From the NCBI RefSeq assembly GCF_030684315.1, contig NC_081391.1, positions 20,792,629 to 20,856,628 of the forward strand: 64,000 nucleotides of DNA, in the 5' to 3' direction. The stretch's first letter is position 1. Every line of letters starts with the position of its first letter. The translations under genes were made by a program, and so were the position numbers. The notes under the pieces are model-generated. The model was not told the origin of the DNA, did not search any database, and saw only the letters and a list, made by a program, of their open reading frames with translations. This DNA comes from Stegostoma tigrinum (lineage: Eukaryota). Below are positions 29,420 through 47,869 of the stretch, piece by piece.

Positions 29420-30240
29420 GGGCATTTCTGGTGGGGTCAACATTTATTGCCCGTTGGGAAGGTGGGGGTGAGCTGCCTTCTTGACCTGTTGCAGTCCATG
29501 TGCTGTAGGTTTACCCACAATGCCCTTAGGGAGGGTGTTCCAAGATTTTCACCTGGCGACAGTGAAGGAACGGCGATACATTTCCAAGTCAGAATGGTGA
29601 GTGGCTTGAAGGGAAATATGGAGGGTGCGGTGTGTCATAGTTCTGCTGCCTTTGTCATTTACATGGAAGTGTTTGTGGGTTTGGAAGGTGCTGTCTGAGG
29701 ATCTTTGGTGAATTCCTGCAATGCATCTTATAGATGCTGCTGCTACTGAGCGTCGGTGGTGGAGGAAATGGATGATTGTAGATGTGGTGCCAGTCAAGCG
29801 GGGGCTGCTTTGTCCTGGATGGTGTCAAGCTTCTTGAGTGTTATTGGGGCTGCACCCATCCAGGCAAGTGGGGAGTATTCCATCACACTGCTGACTTGTG
29901 CCTTGTCAATGATGGATAGGCTTTGAGGAGACCAGAGATGCATTTCTCACTGCAGCATTCCTAGCCTTGAATCTACTCTTGTGGACACTATTTATGTGGC
30001 TCATCCATTTGAGCTGTGATTAATGGTAACCCCCAGGATATTGTCAGCGACAGTAAGGCCATAAAAGGGTCAAGGGAAGGCGCGATTGTTACTTGCCATT
30101 TCTCATCCATAGCCTGAATATTGTACAGATCTTGTTACATTTGACTCCGGAATCCTTCAGTATCTGAGGAGTGGCGAATCTTGCTGAACATTGTGCAATC
30201 GTCAGCAAACATCCTCAATTCTGACCCTATGGTGGAAGGA
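29420..30240 (-). mobile_element. CR1/L2-group LINE 3' fragment
   Basis: Minus strand gtcagaattgaggatgtttgctgacgattgcacaatgttcagc (SELRMFADDCTMFS). Reverse complement of the family at 12330-13290. Confidence 0.8.
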
Positions 30241-31489
30241 AATTAAAGTAATTCAAGGATAATGACTAAATGAATTGAGTACAATTCAGTCAGAAACGTA
30301 AGGTTTTGCAAGTGGAATTTTGGTTTTATTTAAATACATCATGCTGCCTGGTGCCGGTTTTGGGTGAGTGTCAGTGTTAAATCAGGGTGAGATTTAAATT
30401 GGACAGGTGTTGTATCATTTAGACCAGCTGAGAGGCGTTGTGTCAGGGCACCAGGAGGCTTATTCTATCAAGCAAATTTGTGGTTGAACCAAACGCTGTG
30501 TCTGTGTGATAGTGTTCTTTATGAAATTTTACATTCCAAGGCCCATTGTAAGGAGGGGACCAAGAACAGGAGCCGTTATGATATGTTTACCCCTTTTTGG
30601 GCCTGGATACCCTCTGTGACAAAAAAAGCCCAATCCTACAGGGCTGCAATACTTAAAAGGGCAGTGACATACAACTACCTAAAGAGGGGAGAGGCCAAAA
30701 AATATAGAAAATCATTATACAATACCATTTAAAGACCACAAAAATAAAAGCAAAATTGGTTTGGCACACAACTGACATTCTGTTAGAGCTCCAGTTATTT
30801 GAAGAAAGAATCAGTCTTACTGTATGCATCAGCAGATAACTCATAATGTTTGCGCAAAGTCCTTTGTATCACTGGACACCCACTGCATCTCCACTTTGGC
30901 CAGGACATGTGCCAATCTCCAGATACATTTTCTGTTTGGGCGGGTCAACTGTGCCCATTGGTGGAGTTTGTCCGAAGAGGGTCATGTCTGGATGGTGATT
31001 GGTGGTTCCCAATACCAATCAAAGCCCCCTCCCCCATCTGAGCCAGAGTTTAATCCAATCACATCTCATCACCTGAATTTCTGAAGAAGGGTCCTGACCT
31101 GAAACGTCAGCTTTCCTTCTCCTTAAATGCTGCCTGGCCTGCTGTGTTCATCCAGCTCCACATTGCATTATCATCACCTAATCCAGGACTGAACCCCTTC
31201 GAGAATGAAACCAGATGCAAACACTTGGGATATCGGAGAAACAGTCACAGCGACAAAAAGAAACAAATTTTGTCAGATGATGGAAAAGTGTTTCACCAAA
31301 GGTAATGGCTTTTCATCACTCCATTCCTGCGCCATTGTAACTATTTTATGAGGGACACTGGCACCTGAACTCAGAGTTTGTTGATCCAGAGATAGGGATA
31401 CTGGCGCTTTTCAATAACAGCTCGTGTGGGGTATGTTGAGGATTTGTCACTCCAAAACCAATTGCATCAGCAAGCCTTATTTCCCAAAA

Positions 31490-31711
31490 CTCCCTGTATT
31501 CCAAATTTCTGATTGGCTCTGGGTTTTAGCCCATCCCAACATCCCCCTTTCCCTATTCATTGGTAACTGGATTGATAGGAGATTCCTGATTGGATGTCAG
31601 GGATTGTCAATCATTATTAATAATGTTACGCCCTGTTTCTTCCTTGGAGGAAGAGTACAAGAGGTTGTGGTAGTGAGGCTTGGTTTTAGAGTTGTCTTGG
31701 TGATAGTGAAT
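31490..31711 (+). promoter_or_regulatory. Proximal promoter of copy E (CCAAT boxes retained, TATA box lost)
   Basis: ATTGG at ~31512, ~31559 and ~31589. Where copies G and I have tataaatacaagag, E has aagagtacaagag. Confidence 0.65.
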
Positions 31712-34360
<2,649 letters not shown>

Positions 34361-34547
34361 CTGAACTGCCTGCAGGGAGTGAGCTTGTTGTCATGTGTCT
34401 GAATGGGAGACGTGTAGAGACGACTCCTTTTTGTAGGAGCAGCTCATTGCTCTGTACAAAGTGTAAATAAACTGTGCTATAATGGACCATGTCTTGCCTC
34501 CCTTTCTGGGTTAATCCTTGCTGTGAGCTGTGCTGTAGCTTGATCTT

Positions 34548-34724
34548 GAGATAACAACAAGATGTGGAGTTGGATGAACGCAGTGGGCTGAGCAGGAAGG
34601 CTGAAGTTTTGGGCATAGACTCTTTGAGAGCCTCTGCCTGAAATGTCAGTCTTCCTGCTGCGTTCATCCAGCTCCACACCTTGTTATCGCAGATTCTCCA
34701 GCATCTGCTGTTCCTACTAGCTCA
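34548..34724. mobile_element. Degenerate hairpin Penelope-derived insert in the 3' flank of copy E
   Basis: Inverted arms (..tggagttggatgaac / gttcatccagctcca..). Flanked by gtagct(t)tgatc twice, whereas the paralogous flanks of D, G and H have a single uninterrupted gtagcttgatcctg. Confidence 0.75.
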
Positions 34725-35751
34725 GTAGCTTTGATCCTATTTGGTTCTGTTCATGCTGATGGGAACACTCTTCCCTACTAGTCCAAGCTGTAGGTTTCAC
34801 TGCCTGGACAAGTGCCTGCACCTTGCCCTCTTGGGAGGGGTGACCAGTAACCTTGAGCTAACCTACCATCTCTCGTAGGTTGACACACTTCATTTGAAGG
34901 AAGGAATAGCTTGCGGACCTATCATTTTGCTCAGTAGAATAAACTATGCGAGGGGTTACAAGCCAACAGAGCTGAGGCACACTGGGGAAAGCTGAGATTC
35001 CAGTAGTGGAAGCCTAACCAAACCCCAGGCACTTGAGTTTGAATGACCTCTGAAGGTTTTTCTGGGAGTCGAACTCCCCATTCTCCCGGTCAAGGGGTAG
35101 GGTTGCTACCACTGCACCACCAAGGGCCATTCAAATAAATCATGCTGAAATTGTGCCTATTAGGTGAGACCCAATTGTAAATCAGGGTGAGATTTCAAAC
35201 CTTAACTGGTTTGTCAACATTATCAGTTAGCAGGAGGCACTGCCAGACCCTTTCACCTGCACCCTGAGTCTTCATTTGCCAATGTTCCTTGGAGTTTGTG
35301 GACAAGGTGAGAAAGATGGCATTTGGGGTGCTTGCTGCCTTGGGTCAGTGCATGGAGTACAGGAGTTAGGTGCCCTCGGTGTAGGACAGTTGCAATTCCA
35401 CTGTGCGACTATTACAGTCAACACTGGGTCTTGCTCTTGCTCACGCGCTCTCTCTCGCTCTTCCCCCTCTCCTTCCCTGCCCCCACGCGTGCCCCCCCCC
35501 CCACCACCCCAACAGGAAAGATACATTGAAATGTAAATCTTCCTGAACATTTACAAGGAAGCTGGAGCAAGCCTCTCTGGTGAGTTCAAGGCTTGGGGAG
35601 CCTTTATCCATGCCTCTCATGAGTCACAAAGTGAGAGGAATAGTCAAGGTCACTGTTCCTTTCCCGAGGATTAAGGAAACAAGAGGGTGTAGGTTCCAGG
35701 GAGGAGTGCAGAGATTTTTTAAAAGGGGCCTGAGGGGCAACTGCCACACAG

Positions 35752-35965
35752 TGATAATGGGAACTGCAGATGCTGGAGAATCCAAGATAACAAATTGTGG
35801 AGCTGGATGAACACAGCAGGCCATGCAGCATCTCAGGAGCACAAAAGCTGACGTTTTGGGTCTAGACCCTTCATCAGAGCTCTGATGAAGGGTCTAGGCC
35901 CGAAACGTCAGCTTTTTGTGCTCCTGAGATGCTCCTTGACCTGCTGTGTTCATCCAGCTCCACAC
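35752..35965. mobile_element. Palindromic Penelope-derived insert
   Basis: Near-perfect inverted repeat centred on 35879/35880 (cccttcatcagag|ctctgatgaaggg). Intact hammerhead motif on the plus strand at 35882-35911. Inserted in a CR1 3' fragment (~35280-36090). Confidence 0.85.
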
Positions 35966-36389
35966 TGTGTGTATGGAATGAACTGCTAGAAAAGGTGGAG
36001 GAGACTGGTACAGCTCTTCACAGACCCATGCAGGTGCCGTTTAAAGGAAAGGATTTAGAGGGACAGTGCAAATGGAACTAGGTGAATTAGACCAAAGGGG
36101 CAGCTTCCAAACTGACTTGTACCAGCTGAGAGGTATTATCAGCTCATCAGGAGGTTTATCCTAACAATTTGGTGTTTGAGACAAACAGCTTTTTCTACCT
36201 TTAAAAAGCCCATTTTCCCTGAACTTTACTTCACAATATATGTTGCATTTTCCCTCTGGCTGCAATCAGCAGTCCAAAAAAAAAATCGCTTGTACAAAGG
36301 GCTGTGACAGACAAACTAACAAAACAGGAGAGACGCAAATACAAGTCCTGGGAAAGCATTGTACATCGCTGCTTAAAGACCAAAAGGAG

Positions 36390-37990
36390 GACAAGCAAAA
36401 TCATGATGGATTTGCACACCGCTGCTATTCTGTAAGCTTCAGGTCTTAAGAACACTTTTGTCTGAATCAGCAGATAACAGACAATGATGGGCAGGCTGCA
36501 AAACTTGTTCTAGCATTGGGATCTAGGGTCCTGAAGAATAACAGCCTCTGGCTTTGCTCATGAGGACAATGGCAATGAATTTCAGATGACCAATTTTGGG
36601 AGACACCGCTTGAGTTCATGTCATATGGTGAGGGGAGCTGATTGATCAGTTCACAGGTAGATGTTGAAGGGAAGGTTTGAAAAGTGATTTTACTGAAGCC
36701 AATCTATGTGGAAAGGTTATGAACTTGGTGTTATCTGTACATCCATCAAATGCTTGTAAAGGTCCCTTCTGGACAAACCTGAAGAATGTATCAATAATGC
36801 ACAGCTGGATAAAGGAAACAAGTTCATAATAATTGTCACAAGGCAGCAGCATCTGCCAGTACTTGTCTATGGAACAACTATTCCAAACCTTGAATCAGAT
36901 CTGTCTCGTCTCACCCACCAAAACACTGTCCATCCTTTCAAGAAACATCCAAGTTGTGTTCTACGTAAGCAGTTTGGGTTCAAACCTGTTGGAAGTCTAG
37001 AAATCCAAAAGTCCAATAGCTCAGAGGAACCCAAATTGTAACACAGCACCACAGGGAGAAGGGTTAAGAAGGAAACCATGCCAAAGAAGCTTGGAACATC
37101 AGCCAGGATATAATCCAACAACAAAATAAAAGGATCAGTGAGAACCTGTCAGATATCTGTGTCTTGTAGATACCGTTCTCAGAAGAATTACACTGAAGCA
37201 AAAGACAAAACTTCTTCAACTCATGATGATAGCAAGGAAACGTGGTCTTGTTTTCAACAGGACAAAAGATCAAATATGTTTGAGCCAAATCAATTTATTC
37301 GGTCGAACCTACTCATCAGCCGGTATTGGATTTCAGCCCACCAAAATAAATGATATACAAAAGATTCTTGTACAACATAGAAGTGACTTACAAAGGTGTC
37401 TCAATTTCTTCAACTTTCTCTGCCCACATGCTCTGAAGTTTGCAACCACTCAGCCGTTCTCCACAAAAACATATGGCAGGAAGGTCCCCTGCATAATTTC
37501 AATCTCTCAAAAACATTCCAGTAATTGGCGAGTGCACTTCAACACTGTATTATAGATTTCCTGCAGTGTATTTATTTGGGTGTTGACTTGAGAAGAACAT
37601 GGGTACCTGTGGTTTGTGTTACACAGACAACCAGGGAACGCCACCTATTCCCACAGAGCCAGTCACCACATTCATTCATCAAAGTCTCTGGTTACCATTG
37701 AATGACCACATAATGTCCATTAGTTGGGACAAAGCCCTTTGTGACCACTGGGCATTCCCTGTATCTCAGGTCCATTTTCGCCAGGACATCCGCCAATCTC
37801 CAGATATATTTTCTGTTTGGGCAGGTCAACTGTGTCGATTTGTGGTGTCTGTCCCGAGAGGGCTGTGCGTGGATGGTGGTTGGTGGTTCCTGATGCCAGT
37901 CACAGGCTCCACCATCTGGACCATCCAACCCAAACTAAAATCCGAAGCAACACACCTCATCACCTATTCCAGCACCAAACTGCTTCGAGT
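36390..37990 (+). mobile_element. Decayed Ty3/Gypsy-like LTR-retrotransposon relic upstream of copy F
   Basis: ORF 37223-37555 MIARKRGLVFNRTKDQICLSQINLFGRTYSSAGIGFQPTKINDIQ...DLQRCLNFFNFL resembles the post-YxDD part of Gypsy RT. The rest of the block is assigned only by homology to the paralogous blocks. Confidence 0.65.
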
Positions 37991-38098
37991 CACAGAATCA
38001 TACAGCACAGAAATAGACCCTTTGGTCCAACTCGTCCATGCTAACCAGGTATCCCAAACTGAACCAGTCCCTTTGACCTGCATTTGGCTCATATCTCT

Positions 38099-38685
38099 TG
38101 TTGACGATCAAACCAAATCCCCTCCAAATAAGTTAAGAATGTAACCTTTTCTTATTTTAAATGTAAGTGTAAGGAATTGTGTTCCAGATGAAATTTAATT
38201 GGTCAAACTACTGACGAAGTAAAACACACTTTATTTTTACAGTGCAGTTGAAATGCAGACAACGTGAAAAGAACGGTATGGCTTACCGAATGAAATGCTT
38301 AACGAAGTAACAGATATATTAACGACTACTAATTAATTAATTAGATTCAGTGAAATAGATTTTCTCACAGGCAATTCCAGCAGCCGGAGGAGAACTCCCA
38401 GCTTGGAGCAGTAACAGAGAGAGGAATAAGAGCTCCCACGGCCAGTTTCAAAACCTCAGCAACTGTGGGAGCTTGACTAACCACTGCTTCACTTCTCCCT
38501 TACCATTCCCCTCTCGCCGATACCCTTGGAAACATCCCCCTGCAATTTATGTTGCTTCAATCTGAGCATACCCACAAGCTCTTTACTTCATTGGCTTGGA
38601 GTGGAATGCTCTGCACCTCTGTCTCAACATCTCTTCGTTCAAATTAACATCAAAACGCACCTCCGAAAGCCATTGCATCATCACA
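38099..38685. mobile_element. Probable solo LTR inserted in a CR1 3' tail
   Basis: Begins TG (tgttgacg) and ends CA (catcaca). The flanks join into a continuous CR1 tail. A paralogous copy lies at 55063-55745. No clean TSD is resolved. Confidence 0.6.
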
Positions 38686-39149
38686 TCCTCTCAGCCCTTC
38701 TTGTTCATGTCCCTCTCCAAATACCTTTTAAACATTGTAATTGTTCCAGCCTCCACCACTTCCTCTGCAGTTCATTCCATACACGCACCACCCTCTGTGT
38801 GAAAAACTGCCCCTTAGGTCCCTTTTAACGCTTCTAAAATGAAGCTAGCTGTAAACACTTGGGGTATCAGTGAAACAATTGAGGCAAAAAGAACCAGCTT
38901 TGGTCTGACGGTGGAAAAGTGTTTCACTGAAGGTAACATTTTTTAATCACTTCATTCCTGTCCCAGAATAGATACTGTCTGAGCAACCCGTTCAGGAGAC
39001 AGCAGGACCTGACCACAGGACCTTCAGGTCCACTGGTATGGACACTGCCATACCATGTATCCATTTATAAATGACTAGCTGGATTGGCCTGCATTGAGGG
39101 CCTTTCACTCCGAAAGCACTTGCATATTCAAGTCCAATTTCCCAAAATT

Positions 39150-39392
39150 CTCTGTATTCCAAATCTCTGATTGGCTCTGGGTCTCAGCTCCATCCCCATA
39201 ACACCCTCTCCCTTTTCATTGGATGGTGGATTAATAGGATATTCCTGATTGGCTGTCAGCAATTGTCAGTGATGATTGGTGATGCCATTCTCTGGTTGTG
39301 AACAGGATGAGTCTAAATACAAGAGTTTGGGGGAAGAGGTGAGTGACTCTGTTCTGGTGTTGTCTAGGTAGTAGTGAGCAGGAATAGTGAAG
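39150..39392 (+). promoter_or_regulatory. Proximal promoter of copy F
   Basis: Four ATTGG at 39170, 39218, 39248 and 39275, CACCC at ~39202, and TATA altered to TCTAAATA (~39312-39319). Confidence 0.7.
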
Positions 39393-42105
<2,713 letters not shown>

Positions 42106-42334
42106 TGGACTGTGGAATTCTTTAGTGCTCTACATGAAGTTGAAATGTAAACCTGGTCTGATTTCTGACTGGATATAGAAATAAATATCTGAAATGGACT
42201 TGGTGTTGAATAACTCATTACCTGACAACTGATCCAGACCAAAGATTGCTAGTGGCATGAACTGATTCTGTGGAAGCTTTAATGTATTGTTGGCATTCCT
42301 CACTGATCCTTAAATGTGATCCTGTGTCTCTCTT

Positions 42335-42855
42335 TTATCAGTGAGACCAAGCGGAGGCTCAGACTTTTTCTTTTTCAGCACTTGTGTTCTGGTCACAACA
42401 AACAACACCTTGAAGTCACAAACCATTCTAACCACCCCAATTCCTGGGTGCCATATCACTCCTGGGCTGCCTCCAGTGTGACATCAATGCCGACTAGAGG
42501 AGCAGCACCTCTGGGAGTCTGCAGCCCAATGGTCTCAATGTGGACTTCACCAGGTTCAAGACCTCTCCCCTGTACTCATCCATGATCAACCCTCCTTCTC
42601 ATTTCCCCTTCTCCATGACCTGTCACAACTTGTCCATCTCTTCTCCCAGCTATCTGCACATTACTACTGACCCATCCCTACCACTACCTACTGGCACCCA
42701 TCCCACCTTCCTTTCCCCAGACCCATCCCTCCACTCGCAATTTATTTTGGACACCCCCTCCCATTTCTGAAGAGTCCTGACCCAACACAGCAACTTTCCT
42801 GCTCCTTGGATGAAGCCTGGCCTGCTGTGTTCCTCCAGCTTAATGCTGTTATACC
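42335..42855 (+). mobile_element. Old Penelope-like element 3' fragment
   Basis: atcagtgagaccaagcggaggctc...cagcccaatggtctcaatgtggacttcacc is a decayed homologue of the GIY-YIG region at 44520-44770, followed by the C-rich tail and a degenerate terminus. Confidence 0.75.
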
Positions 42856-44244
42856 AGTAGATGTGCGAGAACTGCCTCTACTCATGGAGCTGAAAGTCCA
42901 GTGCTCTGTCTTTTTAAACTGAAAATAAAGTGCTGCTCACACTTGCTTCCTAAAACAGACACAGGGCAAGTCATCCCCTGACCTTGCCACTGGGGATGAT
43001 TACCCTCCCCCCACCTCCCCCCCCCCCCCCCCACCTCCCCCCCCCGCCCCCACCGGAGGGCAAAAACTAAGTGCTGCTTGCAGTGTGAGATTGAATACAA
43101 GTTATGCTCCAGTTTCACAGGGCTTTGGTGGTTCCACAACTGGAGCGTGCTGTTCATCCCCTTTGCTTAAAGAAAGCACTGCATAAGCTGCTCAGAAGAG
43201 GTTTACTGAACTATTCTGGGATTGGGTCTGTTTTATGATGACCAAGCATTAGCTTGTATCTGGCAACCCCTAGAGAGTAAGTGGGACTTGACTGAGGATT
43301 TTTAATAGTGGGAAGGATGTTCTCTCTTGAGGGAGAGATTACAACAAGGTGTCACCCATTTAAGACCAAACTTGTTGTATTGATGTCAATTGCAATGTGA
43401 AATTGAATACAAGTTAGACTTCAGTTATACAGGGCATTGGTGATTCCACAGCTGGAGCATAGTGTTCATCCCCTTTTCCTAAAGCAAATACTGCACAAGT
43501 TGCTCAGAAAGGGGTTTACCAGGCTAGTTTGGGATTGGAGATAATGGGAACTGCAGATGCTGGAGAATCCAAGACAACAAAATGCAAGGCTGGATGAACA
43601 CTGCAGGCCAAGCAGCATCTCAGGAGCACAAAAGCTGACGTTTTGGGCCTGGACCCTTCATCAGAGAGGGGGATGGGGTGAGGGTTCTGGAATAAATAGG
43701 GAGAGAGGGGGAGGCGGACCGAAGATGGAGAGAAAAGAAGATAGGTTGAGAGAGTATAGGTGGGGAGGTAGGGAGGGGATAGGTCAGTCCAGGGAAGACG
43801 GATAGGTCAAGGAGGTGGGATGAGGTTAGTAGGTAAATGGGGGTGCGGCTTGGGGTGGGAGGAAGGGATGGGTGAGAGGAAGAACGGGTTAGGGAGGCGG
43901 AGACAGGTTGGACTGGTTTTGGGATGCAGTGGGTGGAGTGGAGGAGCTGGGCTGGTTGTGTGGTGCAGTGGGGGGAGGGGACGAACTGGGCTGGTTTAGG
44001 GATGCAGTTGGGGAAGGGGAGATTTTGAAACTGGTGAAGTCCACATTGATACCATTAGGCTGCAGGGTTCCCAAGCGGAATATGAGTTGCTGTTCCTGCA
44101 ACCTTCGGGTGGCATCATTGTGGCACTGCAGGAGGTCCATGATGGACATGTCATCTAAAGAATGGGAGGGGGAGTGGAAATGGTTTGCGACTGGGAGGTG
44201 CAGTAGTTTGTTGCGAACTGAGCGGAGGTGTTTTGCAAAGCGAC

Positions 44245-44904
44245 CCCACCACCCAAGACATTTTTCCAACCCCACCCCTGTCTGCATTCCAGAGAGACCA
44301 CTCTCTCCGTGACTCCCTTGTTCGCTCCACACTGCCCTCCATCCCCACCACACCCGGCACCTTCCCCTGCAACCGCAGGAAATACTACACTTGCCCCCAC
44401 ACCTCCCCCCTCACCCCTATCCCAGGCCCCAAGATGACATTCCACATTAAGCAGAGGTTCACCTGCACATCTGCCAATGTGGTATACTGCATCCACTGTA
44501 CCCGGTGTGGCTTCCTCTACATTGGGGAAACCAAGCGGAGGCTTGGAGACAACTTTGCAGAACACCTCCGCTCAGTTCGCAACAAACTACTGCACCTCCC
44601 AGTCGCAAACCATTTCCACTCCCCCTCCCATTCTTTAGATGACATGTCCATCATGGGCCTCCTGCAGTGCCACAATGATGCCACCCCAAGGTTGCAGGAA
44701 CAGCAACTCATATTCCGCCTAGGAACGCTGCAGCCTAATGGTATCAATGTGGACTTCACCAGTTTCAAAATCTCCCCTTCCCCAACTGCATCCCTAAACC
44801 AGCCCAGTTCGTCCCCTCCCCCCACTGCACCACACAACCAGCCCAGCTCCTCCACTCCACCCACTGCATCCCAAAACCAGTCCAACCTGTCTCCGCCTCC
44901 CTAA
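44245..44904 (+). mobile_element. GIY-YIG endonuclease coding fragment of the Penelope-like element (5'-truncated, no RT)
   Basis: CNRRKYYTCP...FTCTSANVVYCIHCTRCGFLYIGETKRRLGDNFAEH...VANHFHSPSH...EQQLIFRLGTLQPNGIN, i.e. VVY/YIG motifs and the PxGxN end typical of PLE endonucleases. Confidence 0.9.
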
Positions 44905-45128
44905 CCTGTTCTTCCTCTCACCCATCCCTTCCTCCCACCCCAAGCCGCACCCCCATCTACCTACTAACCTCATCCCACCTCCTTGACCTGTCCGTCTTCC
45001 CTGGACTGACCTATCCCCTCCCTACCTCCCCACCTATACTCTCTCCATCTATCTTCTTTTCTCTCCATCTTCGGTCCGCCTCCCCCTCTCTCCCTATTTA
45101 TTCCAGAACCCTCACCCCATCCCCCTCT

Positions 45129-45158
45129 CTGATGAAGGGTCTAGGCCCGAAACGTCAG
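45129..45158 (+). ncRNA. Minimal hammerhead ribozyme motif in the Penelope terminus
   Basis: CTGATGAAGGGTCTAGGCCCGAAACGTCAG, sense to the endonuclease ORF, as known for Penelope-like element termini. Confidence 0.7.
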
Positions 45159-45944
45159 CTTTTGTGCTCCTGAGATGCTGCTTGGCCTGCTGTGTTCATC
45201 CAGCCTCACATTTTGTTGTCTTAGTTTGGGATTGGTTGGACTTAATGATGGTAAAACAAAACTAGCTCATACCTGCCAATCCTTGCAGAGTGAAGGGGGT
45301 TTTGATGGGTAGTGGGGAGGATGCTGCCTCTTAAGGGAGAGATTAGAGGAAGGTGTCATCAACTGAAAACCAATTTTTTTTTTGCATGAGTAGGTTGAGG
45401 CATTGGAAGTCTCCATCAAAATGATATTGAATATTTTTGAGATTGATTCTTCCAAGGCAAAAGTGAAAGGTTGTCAGAAGTAAGTGGGAAGGTGGGGTTG
45501 AGATCATTAGATTTCTGCCTCCAGCAAATGTAAAACAATCACTCTTCAATTCTATCAGATTTTTCCAAGTGTTTCCTTAAGTTTTCCATGTGCCTGGTGG
45601 GCTGACATGCTTTTGCTTAAGAATTAATTAGAGTCCCTGGATATAGACTCTCAACAATTGTTTCCTACTTGGGCGCTTTCCAAACACTTCCCCATCTCAA
45701 CAAAAACAGAACTTGCTGGAAGAGGTGAGCTGGTCTGATAGCACCCATGAAGAAACAAAAATCAGAGTTAGCATTTCATTCCAGTGACCCTTCCTCAGAA
45801 CAGTTGGCAAGGAAAACGTCAGTTTAGATGTAGATGATAGGGAGTCAAAGGCAGGAAAAAGGATAGAGCCCAAAGACATAGAAGATTAGTTAGATAGATA
45901 AAGGAATTGATAATCTGGCTAGGAAGCTGAATAGTTGTAAATGT

Positions 45945-46160
45945 GATAACAAGGTGTAGAGCTGGATGTACACAGCAGGCCAAGGAGCATCAGAGGAGCA
46001 GGAAAGCTGATGTTTCAGGCCTAGACCTTTCTTCTGAAGAACGGTCTTGGCCAGAAACATCAGCGTTCCTGCTCCTCTGATGCTGCTTGGCCTGCTGTGT
46101 ACATCCAGCTCCACGCCTTGTTATCTCAGATTCTCCAGCATCTGCAGTGGGTACTATCTC
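45945..46160. mobile_element. Older palindromic Penelope-derived insert
   Basis: Inverted arms gataacaaggtgtagagctggatgtacacagcaggccaag / cttggcctgctgtgtacatccagctccacgccttgttatc. Nested in another Penelope-type remnant starting ~45697. Confidence 0.8.
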
Positions 46161-46759
46161 TGAAACAGCTGCAAATGGGGATAGTTTGTGATAGTAATAG
46201 GCAGTGTGTAATGGGAGGCCATCATCACTATTGCTTTGAGGCTTAAAAAAAACATAGAGTACAACTGGAACAACACCAACTCCCCGATGGCCATTGCTGC
46301 CTCTGAACTCATGATTTCCTCAATTTCAGCTCTTGACCCGAATGTGTGTCCCTCCCTCTGCTCTGGCAAGCCCTCTCCAGGTTGGCTACAAATAGCCCAG
46401 TAGTTGTAACCACATTAGACATGGCCTTGTGTCAACGGTCAAGCAGCTGACTGCTTACAATCAAAATCCTACTGTTCACAAAATTAGTGAAAGGAGGTTT
46501 TGTTTCGACCCACTTATTTGGCTTAGTATTGACCACTTTAAGATGCCTGTCATGAGAGATGCCAAATGGTGGGAACTATTACCTGCACCTGCACTGTCCA
46601 AGGGACATACAATGTATTGGATGAATAAAAGCAGAAAGGATCAAGTCCTGTTCCAAGACTCTCCAAATTTCAAATGTTAAATCTTGTCTCACAAATACCT
46701 CTCAGAATAAAGTGAACATTTGTAAAAGGAACAGAACATTAGACTTGTTGATGTTTGTC

Positions 46760-47460
46760 ATTAGCAACGAACAGGTCTACTTAAAATTGTAGGATTCTGG
46801 ACAAGGCATCTCATCAATGCATTTTCCATTTCACCAACTTTTTCACTCACAGATTGACTGCAAACTATTTGGTGCAAGTCAATATTCCTCAGTTGAGAAA
46901 TCAGAGCTAACATCTCGCATTTGGTGAGCCTCCCACAGCAGGGAGGAGGTTCTGTGGAAGTGTTATTTGACACAAAACGTTAACTCTGATTTCTCCTCAC
47001 AGACGTTACCAGACCTACTGAGCTTTTACAGAAATTGCTGTTTTTATGTCTGACTGACAGCATCCGTGGTTCTTTCAGTTTTTATTTAACATCCTTCAAC
47101 AGGTGTATTAATATCAGTATCACTGACTTCTTCTGGAACTGATGAGAGGTGTATCGCTTCATCAAGAGATGGGCAGACACAGATGCAATAGTGTTCAATA
47201 TTATATTCAAGTTTGAATCTCCCGAGATATATTGGGAATATCTGTTTTAGAAAATTCTATCCGTTTCACCTTGAGGAAAGTTACAACAAATTCCATTGCA
47301 GACAAGAGTCCATAAAATAACTGTGAGAAAGTGAAGCCTGTGGAATAAATCCTCAGAAATGGTTTGGAATTGGTAAGGGTGGAGGAGATAGAGGAGAGCA
47401 CATGACTATCTACATTGAACAGCAAAGCTATGGCAATCTTTCCCCAGGAGCCTGTACATG
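46760..47460 (-). mobile_element. Possible very decayed pogo/Tigger-like transposase C-terminal remnant
   Basis: Weak by-eye resemblance only: ...LDEAIHLSSVPEEVSDTD...EPPP..LTKCEMLALISQLRN after removing a short insert at ~46973-47087. Confidence 0.22.
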
Positions 47461-47869
47461 GTCCTGAGAGTCACATTTAGAAATGACCCTGGTATTTGAA
47501 TAGAGAGATGTGCATTTAGGTTTCCTTCACTTCCCACATAAAGAATACCATAAATCTAGACATTGCTGTCTCAAAAGCTTAAGTGAACGTTGACTCAATT
47601 GAACATTTCAAACTGAGATTTGTGATCATTTGTTAAAGTGAAGGGAGTAATGTGTGTATGGAAGATAGGTGTGTTACAGAGCGGTTAGATACAAGATTCC
47701 ATGATACGTGATTCTACAATTCAATGATTTAAAAAAGCCACCCAAGATCCAACTAAATGGTGAAATAGGTTTGATGGTTTGAATGACCTCCTCCTGTTTG
47801 CATGGTTCAAATTATCTCGATTTACTTGTGTTCCACTGTGCTGCTTGGCCCTGGCTGTATATACACCAT

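Larger units (their letters stand above)
43539..45221 (+). mobile_element. Young truncated Penelope-like retroelement with an inverted (fold-back) 3' copy
   Basis: 14-bp TSD TAGTTTGGGATTGG at 43525-43538 and 45222-45235. 43539-44242 is the reverse complement of ~44553-45221 plus ~31 extra terminal nt. Confidence 0.92.

Noticed and set aside
35062-35130. Functional tRNA gene
   Set aside because: A and B boxes are present, but the acceptor and anticodon stems do not pair convincingly and paralogous copies are decayed.
43005-43052. Long C-rich tract (potential G-quadruplex on the minus strand); similar runs near 33775 and 35490
   Set aside because: Low-complexity homopolymer expansions, not conserved among paralogous units.
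43889-44885. Overlapping ORFs on both strands (154, 134, 136 and 122 aa) as separate genes
   Set aside because: All arise from the inverted duplication and antisense frames of the single Penelope endonuclease fragment.
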